DNA of 64,000 nucleotides from Parcubacteria group bacterium M6-OD1-3 (GTDB lineage: Bacteria; Patescibacteriota; Minisyncoccia; Moranbacterales; UBA9337). The position numbers and the translations under genes were made by a program. The notes beneath the pieces are model-generated. The model did no database searches, had not been told where the DNA came from, and saw nothing but the letters and a program-made list of their open reading frames with translations. Position 1 is the first letter of the stretch. Every line of letters starts with the position of its first letter. The DNA is taken from contig LSNR01000014.1 of assembly GCA_003056165.1 (NCBI GenBank), positions 70,408-134,407 on the forward strand. The letters run 5' to 3'. Shown piece after piece: positions 50,865 through 60,381 of the stretch.

Positions 50865-51335
50865 GTGATCAATAATAAAAGTGTAAAGATTATTTTTTTG
50901 TTCACTATGAAAATAAGTAAAGATTTAGCTATTAAAATTTTAAAGTATTTGGATCAGCATAAAAGTTTTTATTTTCCTTTTTTAGTGATGTGCAAAGAAT
51001 ATACGGAAGAGGATAATGATTTTGTAGAAATTGAGCCAGAAGAATGGAAAAATATCGCAGAAAATGATATATATCAAACATTTGAGTTGTGGGAGAATTT
51101 ACAAAATTTAGATGAAGAAACATTAGAATTAATGTCGAAAGGATTTATAGAAAAGATTGAAAGTAGAAATGTAATAGATGAAATTTCAAAATTAGCGAAA
51201 GAATATAGAAAGAAATGGAAGGTGGAGTTATGGGAATCTGAAGATATTGAAGAATTTGGGATGAATGAATATTATGGTGGCAAAGCTGAAGGACTTGAGG
51301 AAGCACTCGAAATATTACAAGAAGTGAAATTATAG
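50865..51335 (+). CDS. Hypothetical acidic protein (start may be the internal Met MKISKD…)
   Basis: ORF of 156 aa, strongly acidic. Confidence 0.4.
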   Translation: MINNKSVKIIFLFTMKISKDLAIKILKYLDQHKSFYFPFLVMCKEYTEEDNDFVEIEPEEWKNIAENDIYQTFELWENLQNLDEETLELMSKGFIEKIESRNVIDEISKLAKEYRKKWKVELWESEDIEEFGMNEYYGGKAEGLEEALEILQEVKL

Positions 51336-51599
51336 GCAACTGGATTTTGGGTAAAGAAGTCAAAAGATTATAATTTTCTTTTAATTATGCACGAGCATTT
51401 GTTTGTATTTCAGAAATAAAAGTAAAAAGAAGAATAGTGGATATGAAAATGAAAACAAGAATTAAAACAAAGAAAAACAAAAGTATGACATTTCTAAATG
51501 TAATTGACAAAAACAAAAAATCTCTTGATTTTTTTGTTAAAATAGGTTAGCTTGAAGTTAGTATTTTTGAAAAATTAAATAAAAACAGGGGGGCGAAGA

Positions 51600-52226
51600 A
51601 TGAAAAAATTAATAGAAGAACTTAAAATAAGGTCTATCGAGGATGCTTTATTTTTTGGCTCGATGACGATTTTGGCTGTTCTAAAGAAAAGAATAGCTCA
51701 ACAAGAATTATTCGCGAATAAATTGAGGGAGCTATTAAAAGTTCCTAGCACAAGTGATATTGAGCTAAAGTCTACTAATAAGAATTTGGTAGTAATTAAC
51801 AAAGAAATTAAAGCACTTAATTCATTAATTCTTGAAGCCAGATGCAAGCCACCTTTAGTTCCTTACCGCGAGGATTGGTTTACAATGAATGAGGAAGTTA
51901 TTTGCTTTATTGATGGAGAATTTGTGCCGGCGAAAATTTATAATAATAGAGATACATACAAAGATGGTACGGTTGCTCTGGCTGTTGTTTACGGCAGGCG
52001 AGTCAGACCGGATGGTTTTTTCAGCGGGTACGGAGATATGTATTCTATCTCCGACCCGCGAATTATGAAAAAATGGGAATATGAATATTTTTGCCAACAT
52101 TTTCGCTTTGCAAAAAAGTGGGCAATAATGGCAGAAGAAAAGGACTCAGGATTTAACTCTTTTGAATTCATGACCAAGATATTTGCCATTTCATGTGCCA
52201 AAGGGTATATGAAATGGAAAATATAA
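51600..52226 (+). CDS. Hypothetical protein; the 3' half has elevated GC
   Basis: 208-aa ORF with a GGGG-containing RBS-like stretch upstream (acagggggg cgaag-aATG). Confidence 0.45.
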   Translation: MKKLIEELKIRSIEDALFFGSMTILAVLKKRIAQQELFANKLRELLKVPSTSDIELKSTNKNLVVINKEIKALNSLILEARCKPPLVPYREDWFTMNEEVICFIDGEFVPAKIYNNRDTYKDGTVALAVVYGRRVRPDGFFSGYGDMYSISDPRIMKKWEYEYFCQHFRFAKKWAIMAEEKDSGFNSFEFMTKIFAISCAKGYMKWKI

Positions 52227-52272
52227 TATATTGGCATAGTTTTTTATTAAAAATCAAGATGGAGAAAAAAAG

Positions 52273-52485
52273 ATGGAAATCCCAACGGTTATTAATGGTC
52301 GAAGTGTTAGAATTTCAGTTCCCGAAGGAGCAGTGCTTGGTGATTTAGCACAGCTTACTCAAATGGAAATGCAAATTTCCCCTGATCAGGAATTGGTTGT
52401 AGCTAAAAATGGAAAGCCTTGTGTTGTTAGTCAGGACCATATACTGTGTCCCGACGATGTTGCTGTTTGGCGACAGAAGGATTAA
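52273..52485 (+). CDS. Small (70 aa) possibly beta-grasp (ThiS/MoaD-like) protein lacking a C-terminal GG
   Basis: VINGRSVRISVPEGAVLGDL…ELVVAKNGKPCVV…D.L.PDDVAV resembles the ThiS pattern. GC is elevated. Confidence 0.35.
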   Translation: MEIPTVINGRSVRISVPEGAVLGDLAQLTQMEMQISPDQELVVAKNGKPCVVSQDHILCPDDVAVWRQKD

Positions 52486-52858
52486 ATAAGATTTTATCTT
52501 CTCTTGACGAGGGAAGCTGAGTACTTGGAAATTTTTCCTGGTACTCTTTTTATTTTAATAAAAATTTACGCCGACTTACATACAACTTCTCACAAAATAA
52601 CTTCCTACTGCAATTTCTCAAAACTAAAAATTTTTGTAACGAAACTTATTTTGCAAGAAATCTATAATTTTCATTTGTCTATAAGAAGAGTCTGACAGTT
52701 TTCGCTTATAAAGTGGAGTATATTTTTGTTTTTGCAGTGAAATAGAAAGGAATTTTTAAAAAGTTTGGATGTTTAGGTGGAAGTGTGATAAAATTAAATT
52801 GTGTTTTTAGAAAAAATAAATTAGTGTTAATTATTAAAATATTCTAGATAAAATAAAA

Positions 52859-54241
52859 ATGAGCAAAAAAAATAAAATAATTTTAGGGAGTATTGGTATA
52901 GTCGTGATAATGATGGGGATAATAGGGTTTTATAGTTTTAAAAAGACGAGTAAGATTTCAATCCTTTCGAATTCAATTTCCATAGCGAAAAGTGTTATCA
53001 ATTTATTGCCAATTAAAGAAGACGCTAAAAAAGAGATGCAAACGATAGATGCTTTATCCAAAGAATTTATTAAACAAGACGGGCGAGAGAGGCGCTATTT
53101 GATTTTATTGCAAAATAATATGGAATTGCGACCAGGTGGCGGTTTTTTGGGGCAATATGCAGTAATGAAAATAAAAAATGGAGAAATCAGTAAATTGTAT
53201 TTCGAGGATGCAAATTTATTAGACCAACGAATTCGAGCGAAAATTCCTGCTCCATATCCATTTAAGAGAATGATGAGTATAAAAAAATGGAAATTTCGCG
53301 ATTCTAATTTTTCACCCGATTTTCCAACGAATGTGGAGAAGGCAAAATATTTCTATCGACTTTCTGGACGAAATAATAATTTTGACGGTGTAATTGCTCT
53401 TAATGCAGATACTTTTAATCATATTTTTGACTTAACAGGACCGTTAACTGTACCCGGTTACGGAGTGAAATTGGACAGTAAAAACGCTACTTTAAAATTG
53501 GAAGAAATTGTTGAAAAAAAATATATTTTAGATGATAGTATTGATACGCAAAACAGAAAAGCAATTATGAAAAGTTTGATGCATTTAATCGCGGATAAAC
53601 TTAATGGCATTGGCAATGTTCCAAAAATTTCAAAGTTTGTTTTAAATGAGTTGCGGAATAAAGATGTAATGCTTAATTTTAAAGATGCGAAATTACAAAA
53701 AATGGTGGAGGATGTTCATTGGGGCGGTAAAGTATCGGAAGATTGGGCTGGTGACTATTTAATGTTGTCCGATGCTAATATGGGAGCTTTGAAAACAAAT
53801 TATTATGTAACGCGGGAAATTAATTATAATGTTGATTTAACTGGCGAGAAGCCAATTGCCGACTTGGAAGTTCTCTACAAAAACAGTGCTACTTACGGAG
53901 ATTGGCGAACTAGTGATTATCATTCGTATTTCAGAGTTTATGTTCCCAAAGGTTCAAATTTGTTAGAAAGAAAAATGGTTAGTTATCCACTTGTGCAAGA
54001 AGATTTTGGCAAAACATATTTTGGATTTTTATTGCATGTTTTGATGAATAGGCAAACTGATATTAAACTTAAATATGAACTTCCGGAAAGTGTTAGAAAT
54101 GGCGATTATAAATTACTTATTCAAAAGCAATCCGGAATGGGAGATGTGCCAGTGAAAATTCATATCAAAACTAAAGATGGAGAATTTAATCGAGAAGCAA
54201 TTCTCAAGAAAGACTTAAAATTTGAAGTAAAAGAGCAGTAG
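52859..54241 (+). CDS. DUF4012-like envelope-associated protein (N-terminal TM)
   Basis: …RRYLILLQNNMELRPGGGFLGQYAVMKIKNG… resembles the DUF4012 core. Confidence 0.55.
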   Translation: MSKKNKIILGSIGIVVIMMGIIGFYSFKKTSKISILSNSISIAKSVINLLPIKEDAKKEMQTIDALSKEFIKQDGRERRYLILLQNNMELRPGGGFLGQYAVMKIKNGEISKLYFEDANLLDQRIRAKIPAPYPFKRMMSIKKWKFRDSNFSPDFPTNVEKAKYFYRLSGRNNNFDGVIALNADTFNHIFDLTGPLTVPGYGVKLDSKNATLKLEEIVEKKYILDDSIDTQNRKAIMKSLMHLIADKLNGIGNVPKISKFVLNELRNKDVMLNFKDAKLQKMVEDVHWGGKVSEDWAGDYLMLSDANMGALKTNYYVTREINYNVDLTGEKPIADLEVLYKNSATYGDWRTSDYHSYFRVYVPKGSNLLERKMVSYPLVQEDFGKTYFGFLLHVLMNRQTDIKLKYELPESVRNGDYKLLIQKQSGMGDVPVKIHIKTKDGEFNREAILKKDLKFEVKEQ

Positions 54242-54329
54242 AATGTTTTGGCACTACCAATAAATGTGCAGTCTATCTCAAAAAACAATGAAACTTATTT
54301 TAATAAAATTTGGGAAGGCATGGATGACT

Positions 54330-55501
54330 ATTCGGAAAAATGGTTTGATTAAGGGCGGAAGAAGGGTGCTGGAATATTTATTTGTTTTTTTGAAAGCATT
54401 CTTTAGCGCTAGAAGAGGAGATATTTTATTCATTACTGGAGGAGTGGGAGATAGTGCTCATTATCGTTCGTATAATGTGGCGGAAGAATTAAAAAAATAC
54501 GGCTTCAAATGTTCGGTGATGATTCAAGATAACCCATTTTTATATCGCTATGCAACAGGTTTTAAAATTTTTATTTTTCAAAAAACAATTACTACGCCAA
54601 CTTTAAATAAATTAATTAAAGAAATTAAAAACAAGAAAAAGAAATTATTTTTGAAGCTGATGATTTGATTTTTGATGAAAAATATTTACAGCAGATGGAT
54701 TATTGGAAACAGATGGATAACTTTACTAAAAAACAATATGCTGGTGGGCAGGGTAGTGAAATTCTGAATGATGATTATGTAAAAGTCTGTACAACAACAA
54801 CGACTTTTTTAAAAAAGAAATTGGAAGAGTATGGTAAAAAAGTTTTTTTGGTACCAAATAGAGTTTGTGATGCGGAGTTGACAATAGCGAATAGATTGTG
54901 GGAAGAAAAATTGGAAAATAAAAATCCTTCTTTTCCAGTTACTCCCTTGAAAAGTGATGAGGAGATACGAATCGGTTATTTTAGTGGAACGATTTCGCAC
55001 AATAAAGATTTTGCTACAGTAACAGATGTCCTAATGAGAATTATTGAGAAATACAAAAAAGTAAAATTGGTTTTAGTTGGACCACTAGATATTGAAAATA
55101 AATTAAATAAGTTTGCGGATAGAATAGAACAATTGCCGATGGTTTCGCGTCAAAAACATTATGCTAATGTGGCGAGTGTAGATATAAACATTTCTCCCTT
55201 GGAAATAAACAATGAATTCTGTCAATCAAAATCAGAGTTGAAATTTTTTGAAGCGGGAATTGTTGGTGTTCCGACAGTGGCGACGGCGACGCAAACTTTT
55301 CAAGAAGCAATAAATGATGGAATAGATGGTTTTGTGGCAAAAGACGAGAATGAGTGGTTTGAAAAGTTGGAAAAACTTATTGCGAATAATAATTTTCGTG
55401 TTAAAATGGGAAAAGAAGCCAGAAAAACAGTCTTGAAAAAATATACTGTTAAAAATAGTAATAATGAGGTTTATTATAAATATTTAAGAAAAATTATTTA
55501 G
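54330..55501 (+). pseudogene. Glycosyltransferase (GT1-type C-terminal domain) split by a frameshift in an A-rich run near 54626-54650
   Basis: The frame-0 ORF ends …KNKKKKLFLKLMI*. Frame 2, read back from 54665, gives …KQEKEIIFEADDLIFDEKY…, a typical GT junction. The downstream part carries a GT1 motif (ELKFFEAGIVGVPTVAT…). Confidence 0.5.
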
Positions 55502-55709
55502 TAGTGACTTGGTCACTACTAACATTGTTGATGAAATTATGAGAAGATTTAGAAAAAAAGTGCGAATTATTTGGATAATCATTTCTTTACTGGCGGTTAT
55601 TTCAATGGTTGGATTTTTGATTGCTCCGGCTTTTATGGGATATTAAAAGTAGTTAAATAAATTCGTATAATATATTAATAATTTTAATTAATTTAATTTT
55701 TAAATAGCA

Positions 55710-56102
55710 ATGCGTTTGTTTGTGATTATCTTTTTCGTGTTTGCAATAGCAGGTGTTACAATTTTTTTATCCGCTCCGGCGATTAAAGAATTTCGTCGCT
55801 CTAAAGCAATTGATAAAGAGATTAGTGAATTGCAAGCAGAGGCTGAAAAAATAAATACTGATAATAATTTTTTAAGGGAAAAGATTAAATATTTAAAATC
55901 TGATGATTACAAGGAACGTGTAGCCAAAGATAGACTTAATTTGCGAAATCCCGGCGAAAAAATCATTGTCGTGCAACCTGGTATTGGTCAAGAAAACAAT
56001 CAAAATGAAAATTCAAACCAACAAAATAACATCAATAGCTCTGCTGAAAATGAGTCCTTATCCAATGTTCAAAAATGGTATAAATTTTTATTTGGAAAAT
56101 AG
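55710..56102 (+). CDS. ftsB: Septum formation initiator FtsB/DivIC family
   Basis: N-terminal TM helix, a coiled coil, and …YLKSDDYKERVAKDRLNLRNPGEKIIVV. Confidence 0.7.
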   Translation: MRLFVIIFFVFAIAGVTIFLSAPAIKEFRRSKAIDKEISELQAEAEKINTDNNFLREKIKYLKSDDYKERVAKDRLNLRNPGEKIIVVQPGIGQENNQNENSNQQNNINSSAENESLSNVQKWYKFLFGK

Positions 56103-56197
56103 CTCTTGCAGTTATGGTAATTAGGTTACCGTAATTACAAGATGTTGTTTTTTGTTGATAAAAGTTGTATAATTTAAGCGACATTAAATTAAAAATT

Positions 56198-57373
56198 ATG
56201 CGCATTGGAATTGACGCAAGAACAATTTTAAATCCAAAGAAAGGTGATGCGATTGGTGTCGGTCATTATACTTATCAATTGATAAGTCATATTTTGGATA
56301 TTGATAAAGAAAATGAGTATGTTATTTTCTTTGACTTTAAAGTGAGAGAAAAAGATATTAGAAAATTTACTCGTTCAAATTCTACTATAAGATTTTATCC
56401 ATTTTCAGATTACAGAAAATATCTTCCTGGTGCCTATAACGAAATTCTGACTGCTGGAACTTTGCGTAAAGAAAATCTAGATGTCTTGCATTCAACTTCT
56501 CCAACGAGTAGAATTCCTATGAGCTACACTGGGAAAACAATGGTTACTTTTCATGATATGGCGATGTACAAAATTCCCGAATGTTTTCCTAGAACTAAAA
56601 TGGCACGAGAAAAAATTTCTTATAAGCTAATGGCAAACAAGGTCGATAAAATTATTGCCGTTTCCGAGTCAATAAAAAACGACATTGAAAATATTTTCAA
56701 TGTCGGCTCAAAAACGGAAGTAATTCATAGTGGGCTAGATAAGCGCTTTTTTGAGAATTTTTGTGCAGGATCAGAGAGAGTTTTGGGAGAGTTTGGAATT
56801 AAAAAAAAATATATTCTTTTTTTAGGAACCATTGAGCCGAGTAAAAATATCACCAGACTTTTGCAGGCCTTCTCAGAATTCAAAAAGAAATTTATTCAAG
56901 AAAAATTTAAAATTAGTGGAAGAAAAAGGTTTGACTATCAACTTGTTTTAGCAGGTAAGAGAGGTTGGTTGGCAAAAGAATATATTCAAATCATTAAAGA
57001 TCTTGGTTTAAAAAAAGATGTAATTTTTACTGGCTATATAATTGGTGATGAACTTTGTCCATTATTTAGAAAATCAGAATTTTTTATATTACCATCATTA
57101 TATGAAGGATTTGGAATGACAGTTTTGGAGGCTTTTGCTACGGAAACGCCGGCAATAATTTCGCAAACTGAATCACTGAAAGAAATTGCTGGTAATTCTG
57201 CTTATTATGTAAATCCACTGGATGTAAATGAGATAGCTGAAGCTATTATGAAATTTTCCAAAGATGAACAGCTTCGAGATGAATACAGGAAAAAGGGTCT
57301 GGAACGAGTCCGCAAATTTGATTGGGATGATGTTGCGCGAAAAACTATTAATATTTATAAAAGCCTCAAATAA
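56198..57373 (+). CDS. Glycosyltransferase family 1 (GT4)
   Basis: MRIGIDARTI… at the N-terminus and …EGFGMTVLEAFATETPAIIS… (E-x7-E region) at the C-terminus. Confidence 0.8.
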   Translation: MRIGIDARTILNPKKGDAIGVGHYTYQLISHILDIDKENEYVIFFDFKVREKDIRKFTRSNSTIRFYPFSDYRKYLPGAYNEILTAGTLRKENLDVLHSTSPTSRIPMSYTGKTMVTFHDMAMYKIPECFPRTKMAREKISYKLMANKVDKIIAVSESIKNDIENIFNVGSKTEVIHSGLDKRFFENFCAGSERVLGEFGIKKKYILFLGTIEPSKNITRLLQAFSEFKKKFIQEKFKISGRKRFDYQLVLAGKRGWLAKEYIQIIKDLGLKKDVIFTGYIIGDELCPLFRKSEFFILPSLYEGFGMTVLEAFATETPAIISQTESLKEIAGNSAYYVNPLDVNEIAEAIMKFSKDEQLRDEYRKKGLERVRKFDWDDVARKTINIYKSLK

Positions 57374-57462
57374 ATACCAAAGGATATTGACTTTTATTTA
57401 AGAATCGTTATAATAAATTCTGTTGTCTTTTATTTTATTTAAATAAAATAAAATAAAAATTT

Positions 57463-57479
57463 GCGCCGTTAGCTCAGTT
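57463..57479 (+). other. 17-nt duplicate of the tRNA-Lys 5' end (GCGCCGTTAGCTCAGTT); a tRNA fragment or scar
   Basis: Identical to the first 17 nt of the tRNA at 57561. It is followed by unrelated sequence with a CCCGCC…GGCGG hairpin. Confidence 0.4.
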
Positions 57480-57560
57480 CCCGCCAAAAGGAAAGGCGGA
57501 CAGGGTCCAAGAAACAGCCATGAATTATGTTGGTTGATTAAAATTTAAAAATATGTGCTT

Positions 57561-57633
57561 GCGCCGTTAGCTCAGTTGGTAGAGCAACAGCCTTTTAAGC
57601 TGATGGTCGGGGGTTCAAATCCCTCACGGCGCA
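57561..57633 (+). tRNA. tRNA-Lys (anticodon UUU)
   Basis: GCGCCGT-TA-GCTC-AGTTGGTA-GAGC-A-ACAGC-CTTTTAA-GCTGA-TGGTC-GGGGG-TTCAAAT-CCCTC-ACGGCGC-A. Confidence 0.85.
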
Positions 57634-57634
57634 C

Positions 57635-58014
57635 AACTAAATTTAGCTAAAACTAAGAAAGATGTTAAAGGGTTCATCTGGCATTCGCCAGATGCCCAGC
57701 GAATGCAGGGCAAATCCCTCACGGCGCACAACTAAATTTAGCTAAAACTAAGAAAGATGTTAAAGGGTTCATCTGGCATTCGCCAGATGCCCAGCGAATG
57801 CAGGGCAAATCCCTCACGGCGCACAACTAAATTTAGCTAAAACTAAGAAAGATGTTAAAGGGTTCATCTGGCATTCGCCAGATGCCCAGCGAATGCAGGG
57901 CAAATCCCTCACGGCGCACAACTAAATTTAGCTAAAACTAAGAAAGATGTTAAAGGGTTCATCTGGCATTCGCCAGATGCCCAGCGAATGCAGGGCAAAT
58001 CCCTCACGGCGCAC
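57635..58014 (+). repeat. Four identical tandem copies of a 95-bp unit, each ending with the last ~19 nt of tRNA-Lys (AAATCCCTCACGGCGCAC)
   Basis: Copies start at 57635, 57730, 57825 and 57920. Each unit is aactaaatttagctaaaactaagaaagatgttaaagggttcatctggcattcgccagatgcccagcgaatgcagggcaaatccctcacggcgcac and contains the internal hairpin CATCTGGC-attc-GCCAGATG. Confidence 0.9.
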
Positions 58015-58062
58015 AACTAAAACTTCTTACAATTAATAACTAGTTAATAATCAGTAGTTAAC

Positions 58063-58110
58063 GCCGACGCTTAGTTGGTAGAGCTGATAGTAACTAACTT
58101 ACTATCAGGG
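58063..58110 (+). other. Degenerate tRNA-like 5' half (acceptor plus a D-arm similar to tRNA-Lys, no T-arm)
   Basis: GCCGACGCTTAGTTGGTAGAGC… resembles the tRNA D-arm region GCTCAGTTGGTAGAGC. Confidence 0.3.
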
Positions 58111-58116
58111 TTTTTA

Positions 58117-58166
58117 AATTAAATGGATATTTAAATATCCATTTAAATATCCATTTAAATAATTTT
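58117..58166 (+). repeat. Second ATCCATTTAAAT-type repeat cluster, including the 16-bp palindrome GGATATTTAAATATCC
   Basis: ggatatttaaatatcc atttaaatatcc atttaaataa. The motif is shared with the array at 44965-45018 and lies about 120 bp upstream of glyA. Confidence 0.6.
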
Positions 58167-58281
58167 AATAACACTATTAAAAACTTAATCAATATATAAT
58201 ATTGATTTTTTTGTTTTTTAAATGGTATAATACGAGTGTAATTTTTGATGATAAATCAGAGGAGATAATTTAAAAAAACAG

Positions 58282-59517
58282 ATGAAAAATTTAAAAAAAA
58301 CAGATCAAAAAATTTATAAGGCTATCCAAGGTGAGCAAAAAAGACAAGAGGAAGGTTTGGAAATGATTGCTTCGGAAAATTATGTTTCCAAAGCGGTTTT
58401 AGAAACATTGGGAACGGTTTTCACTAACAAATATTCCGAGGGTTATCCAGGGAAAAGATATTATGGTGGGCAAGAATTTACCGATGTAGTTGAAAGTTTG
58501 GCGATTGACAGGGCTCAGAAGCTTTTTAAAGCTCAACATATTAATGTGCAACCTCTTTCAGGTGCTCCAGCCAATATGATAGCTTATAGTGCTGTTTTAA
58601 AACCTGGAGATAAAATTTTAGGAATGGATCTTTCACACGGTGGACATTTAACACATGGACACCCTGTTACTTTATCAGCCCAAATTTATAATTTCATCGG
58701 ATATAAGACAGAAAAAGACGGTCAGATAGATTATGTTGCTTTGGAAAAAATGGCAATTAAAGAAAAACCAAAAATGATTTTGGCGGGATTTTCCGCTTAT
58801 AGTAGAAACTTAAATTATCGTAAATTTAGACAAATTGCCAATAAAATAAATGCGATTCTAATGATTGATATTGCTCACATTGCCGGACTAATCGCCGGAA
58901 AAGCAATTTCCAATCCTGTTCCTTATTTTGATATTGTCACAACAACCACGCATAAAACTTTGCGTGGTCCGCGTGGCGGAATGATAATGTGCAAAAAAAA
59001 ATATGCACAAGCAATTGATAAAGCTACTTTTCCTGGGTTTCAAGGTGGACCGCATATGAATAATATTGCTGCCAAAGCGGTAGCTTTCGGCGAAGCATTA
59101 AGACCATCTTTCAAAAAATATGCTAAGCAAATTATATTAAATGCCAAAGTTTTGGAAAAAGAATTGAAGCAATATGATTTTAAAATAATGTTTGGCGGAA
59201 CAGATAATCATATGCTCCTGATTGATGTTTTTGGCAGTAAAAATGTAAGTGGAAAAGAAGCTGAAATTGCTTTGGATAAAATTGGTATAACTATTAACAA
59301 AAATGTCATACCGGATGATTCAAGAAGCCCAATGGATCCAAGTGGAATTAGAATTGGCACTCCGGCTATCACAACTCGCGGAATGAAAGAAAGAGAAGTA
59401 AGACAAATTGCCGTTTGGATAAACATTGCTATTGAAAATCATAATAACGAAAAAGTTTTAAGGAAATTACATAAAGAGGTAAAACAACTTTGTAAAAAAT
59501 TTCCTTTGTATAAATAA
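58282..59517 (+). CDS. glyA: Serine hydroxymethyltransferase
   Basis: …MIASENYVSKAVLE…, the PLP-lysine region TTTTHKTLRGPRGG, and a 411-aa length. Confidence 0.93.
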   Translation: MKNLKKTDQKIYKAIQGEQKRQEEGLEMIASENYVSKAVLETLGTVFTNKYSEGYPGKRYYGGQEFTDVVESLAIDRAQKLFKAQHINVQPLSGAPANMIAYSAVLKPGDKILGMDLSHGGHLTHGHPVTLSAQIYNFIGYKTEKDGQIDYVALEKMAIKEKPKMILAGFSAYSRNLNYRKFRQIANKINAILMIDIAHIAGLIAGKAISNPVPYFDIVTTTTHKTLRGPRGGMIMCKKKYAQAIDKATFPGFQGGPHMNNIAAKAVAFGEALRPSFKKYAKQIILNAKVLEKELKQYDFKIMFGGTDNHMLLIDVFGSKNVSGKEAEIALDKIGITINKNVIPDDSRSPMDPSGIRIGTPAITTRGMKEREVRQIAVWINIAIENHNNEKVLRKLHKEVKQLCKKFPLYK

Positions 59518-59529
59518 TTTTTAAAAAAT

Positions 59530-60351
59530 ATGAATAATCACAAAAAAATGAAAGGGATAATTTTGGCGGGAGGAAACGCCACTAGACTTTATCCAAATAC
59601 TTCGCAAATATCAAAACAGATGTTGCCGATTTATAATGTTCCGATGATTTTCTACCCGTTAAATATTTTAATTAAGGCCGGCATTAAAGATATTCTGGTA
59701 ATAGTTTCTCCGGCACATAGTGGCAGGTTTACCAATTTGCTGGAGCCGATGTTTCGTGATGTTGGTGTTAGAATTCTTTCTACTGTTCAGGAAGTCCCCG
59801 GAGGAATTGCCGAGGCTTTTATCTTGGGAGAGGGCTTTATTGGAAATGATAATGCAACTTTAATTTTGGGAGACAATATTTTTGAGGATGCTGAAACTAT
59901 CGCCAATGCCATTAAAAATTTCAAATCGGGCGGACATATTTTTGTTAAAGAAGTTTCCGATCCGGAAAGATTTGGTGTGGCAACGGTAAATAAATCTGGG
60001 ATAGTTACAGCTATCGCGGAAAAACCAGAGAAGCCGGAAAGCAATTTGGCGGTGACGGGAGCATATATTTACGACAACAAAGTTGTTGAAACAGCTAATA
60101 ATATTAAGCCTTCTAATAGAGGTGAACTAGAGATTACCGACATAAATAATGTTTATCTGCAGAAAGGAGAATTAAAGATGAGTAAAATCAACGGCGAATG
60201 GTTGGATGCGGGAACTCCAGATGCGTATTTGGACGCTTGTATTTTGGCTAAGGAGAAAAAGTTGTATGAGAAATTTGACTCGCTAATATTAAAGGCGGTT
60301 GAAATCGGTCGTGAAAAATTTAAGACTCAAGCAAAGAAAATGTTAAAGTAA
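59530..60351 (+). CDS. rfbA: Glucose-1-phosphate thymidylyltransferase-like sugar nucleotidyltransferase
   Basis: MKGIILAGGNATRLYP…SKQMLPIYNVPMIFYPL… closely matches the RmlA N-terminus. Confidence 0.72.
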   Translation: MNNHKKMKGIILAGGNATRLYPNTSQISKQMLPIYNVPMIFYPLNILIKAGIKDILVIVSPAHSGRFTNLLEPMFRDVGVRILSTVQEVPGGIAEAFILGEGFIGNDNATLILGDNIFEDAETIANAIKNFKSGGHIFVKEVSDPERFGVATVNKSGIVTAIAEKPEKPESNLAVTGAYIYDNKVVETANNIKPSNRGELEITDINNVYLQKGELKMSKINGEWLDAGTPDAYLDACILAKEKKLYEKFDSLILKAVEIGREKFKTQAKKMLK

Positions 60352-60381
60352 TTTAAAAAATAATCTAATGATTTTAAAAAT

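Noticed and set aside
52504-52695. 63-aa ORF downstream of the small beta-grasp-like gene
   Set aside because: It has no start context or RBS and a low-complexity composition, and it lies in a spacer that more likely holds a terminator or promoter region.
57463-57545. A second complete tRNA gene upstream of tRNA-Lys
   Set aside because: Only the first 17 nt match a tRNA. What follows cannot form an anticodon or T arm, so it is a fragment, not a gene.
57635-58014. Possible CRISPR array suggested by regularly spaced identical repeats
   Set aside because: The units are 95-bp contiguous tandem repeats with no unique spacers between them, and each contains a tRNA 3' end. The structure is a tandem duplication or att-like array, not repeat-spacer architecture.
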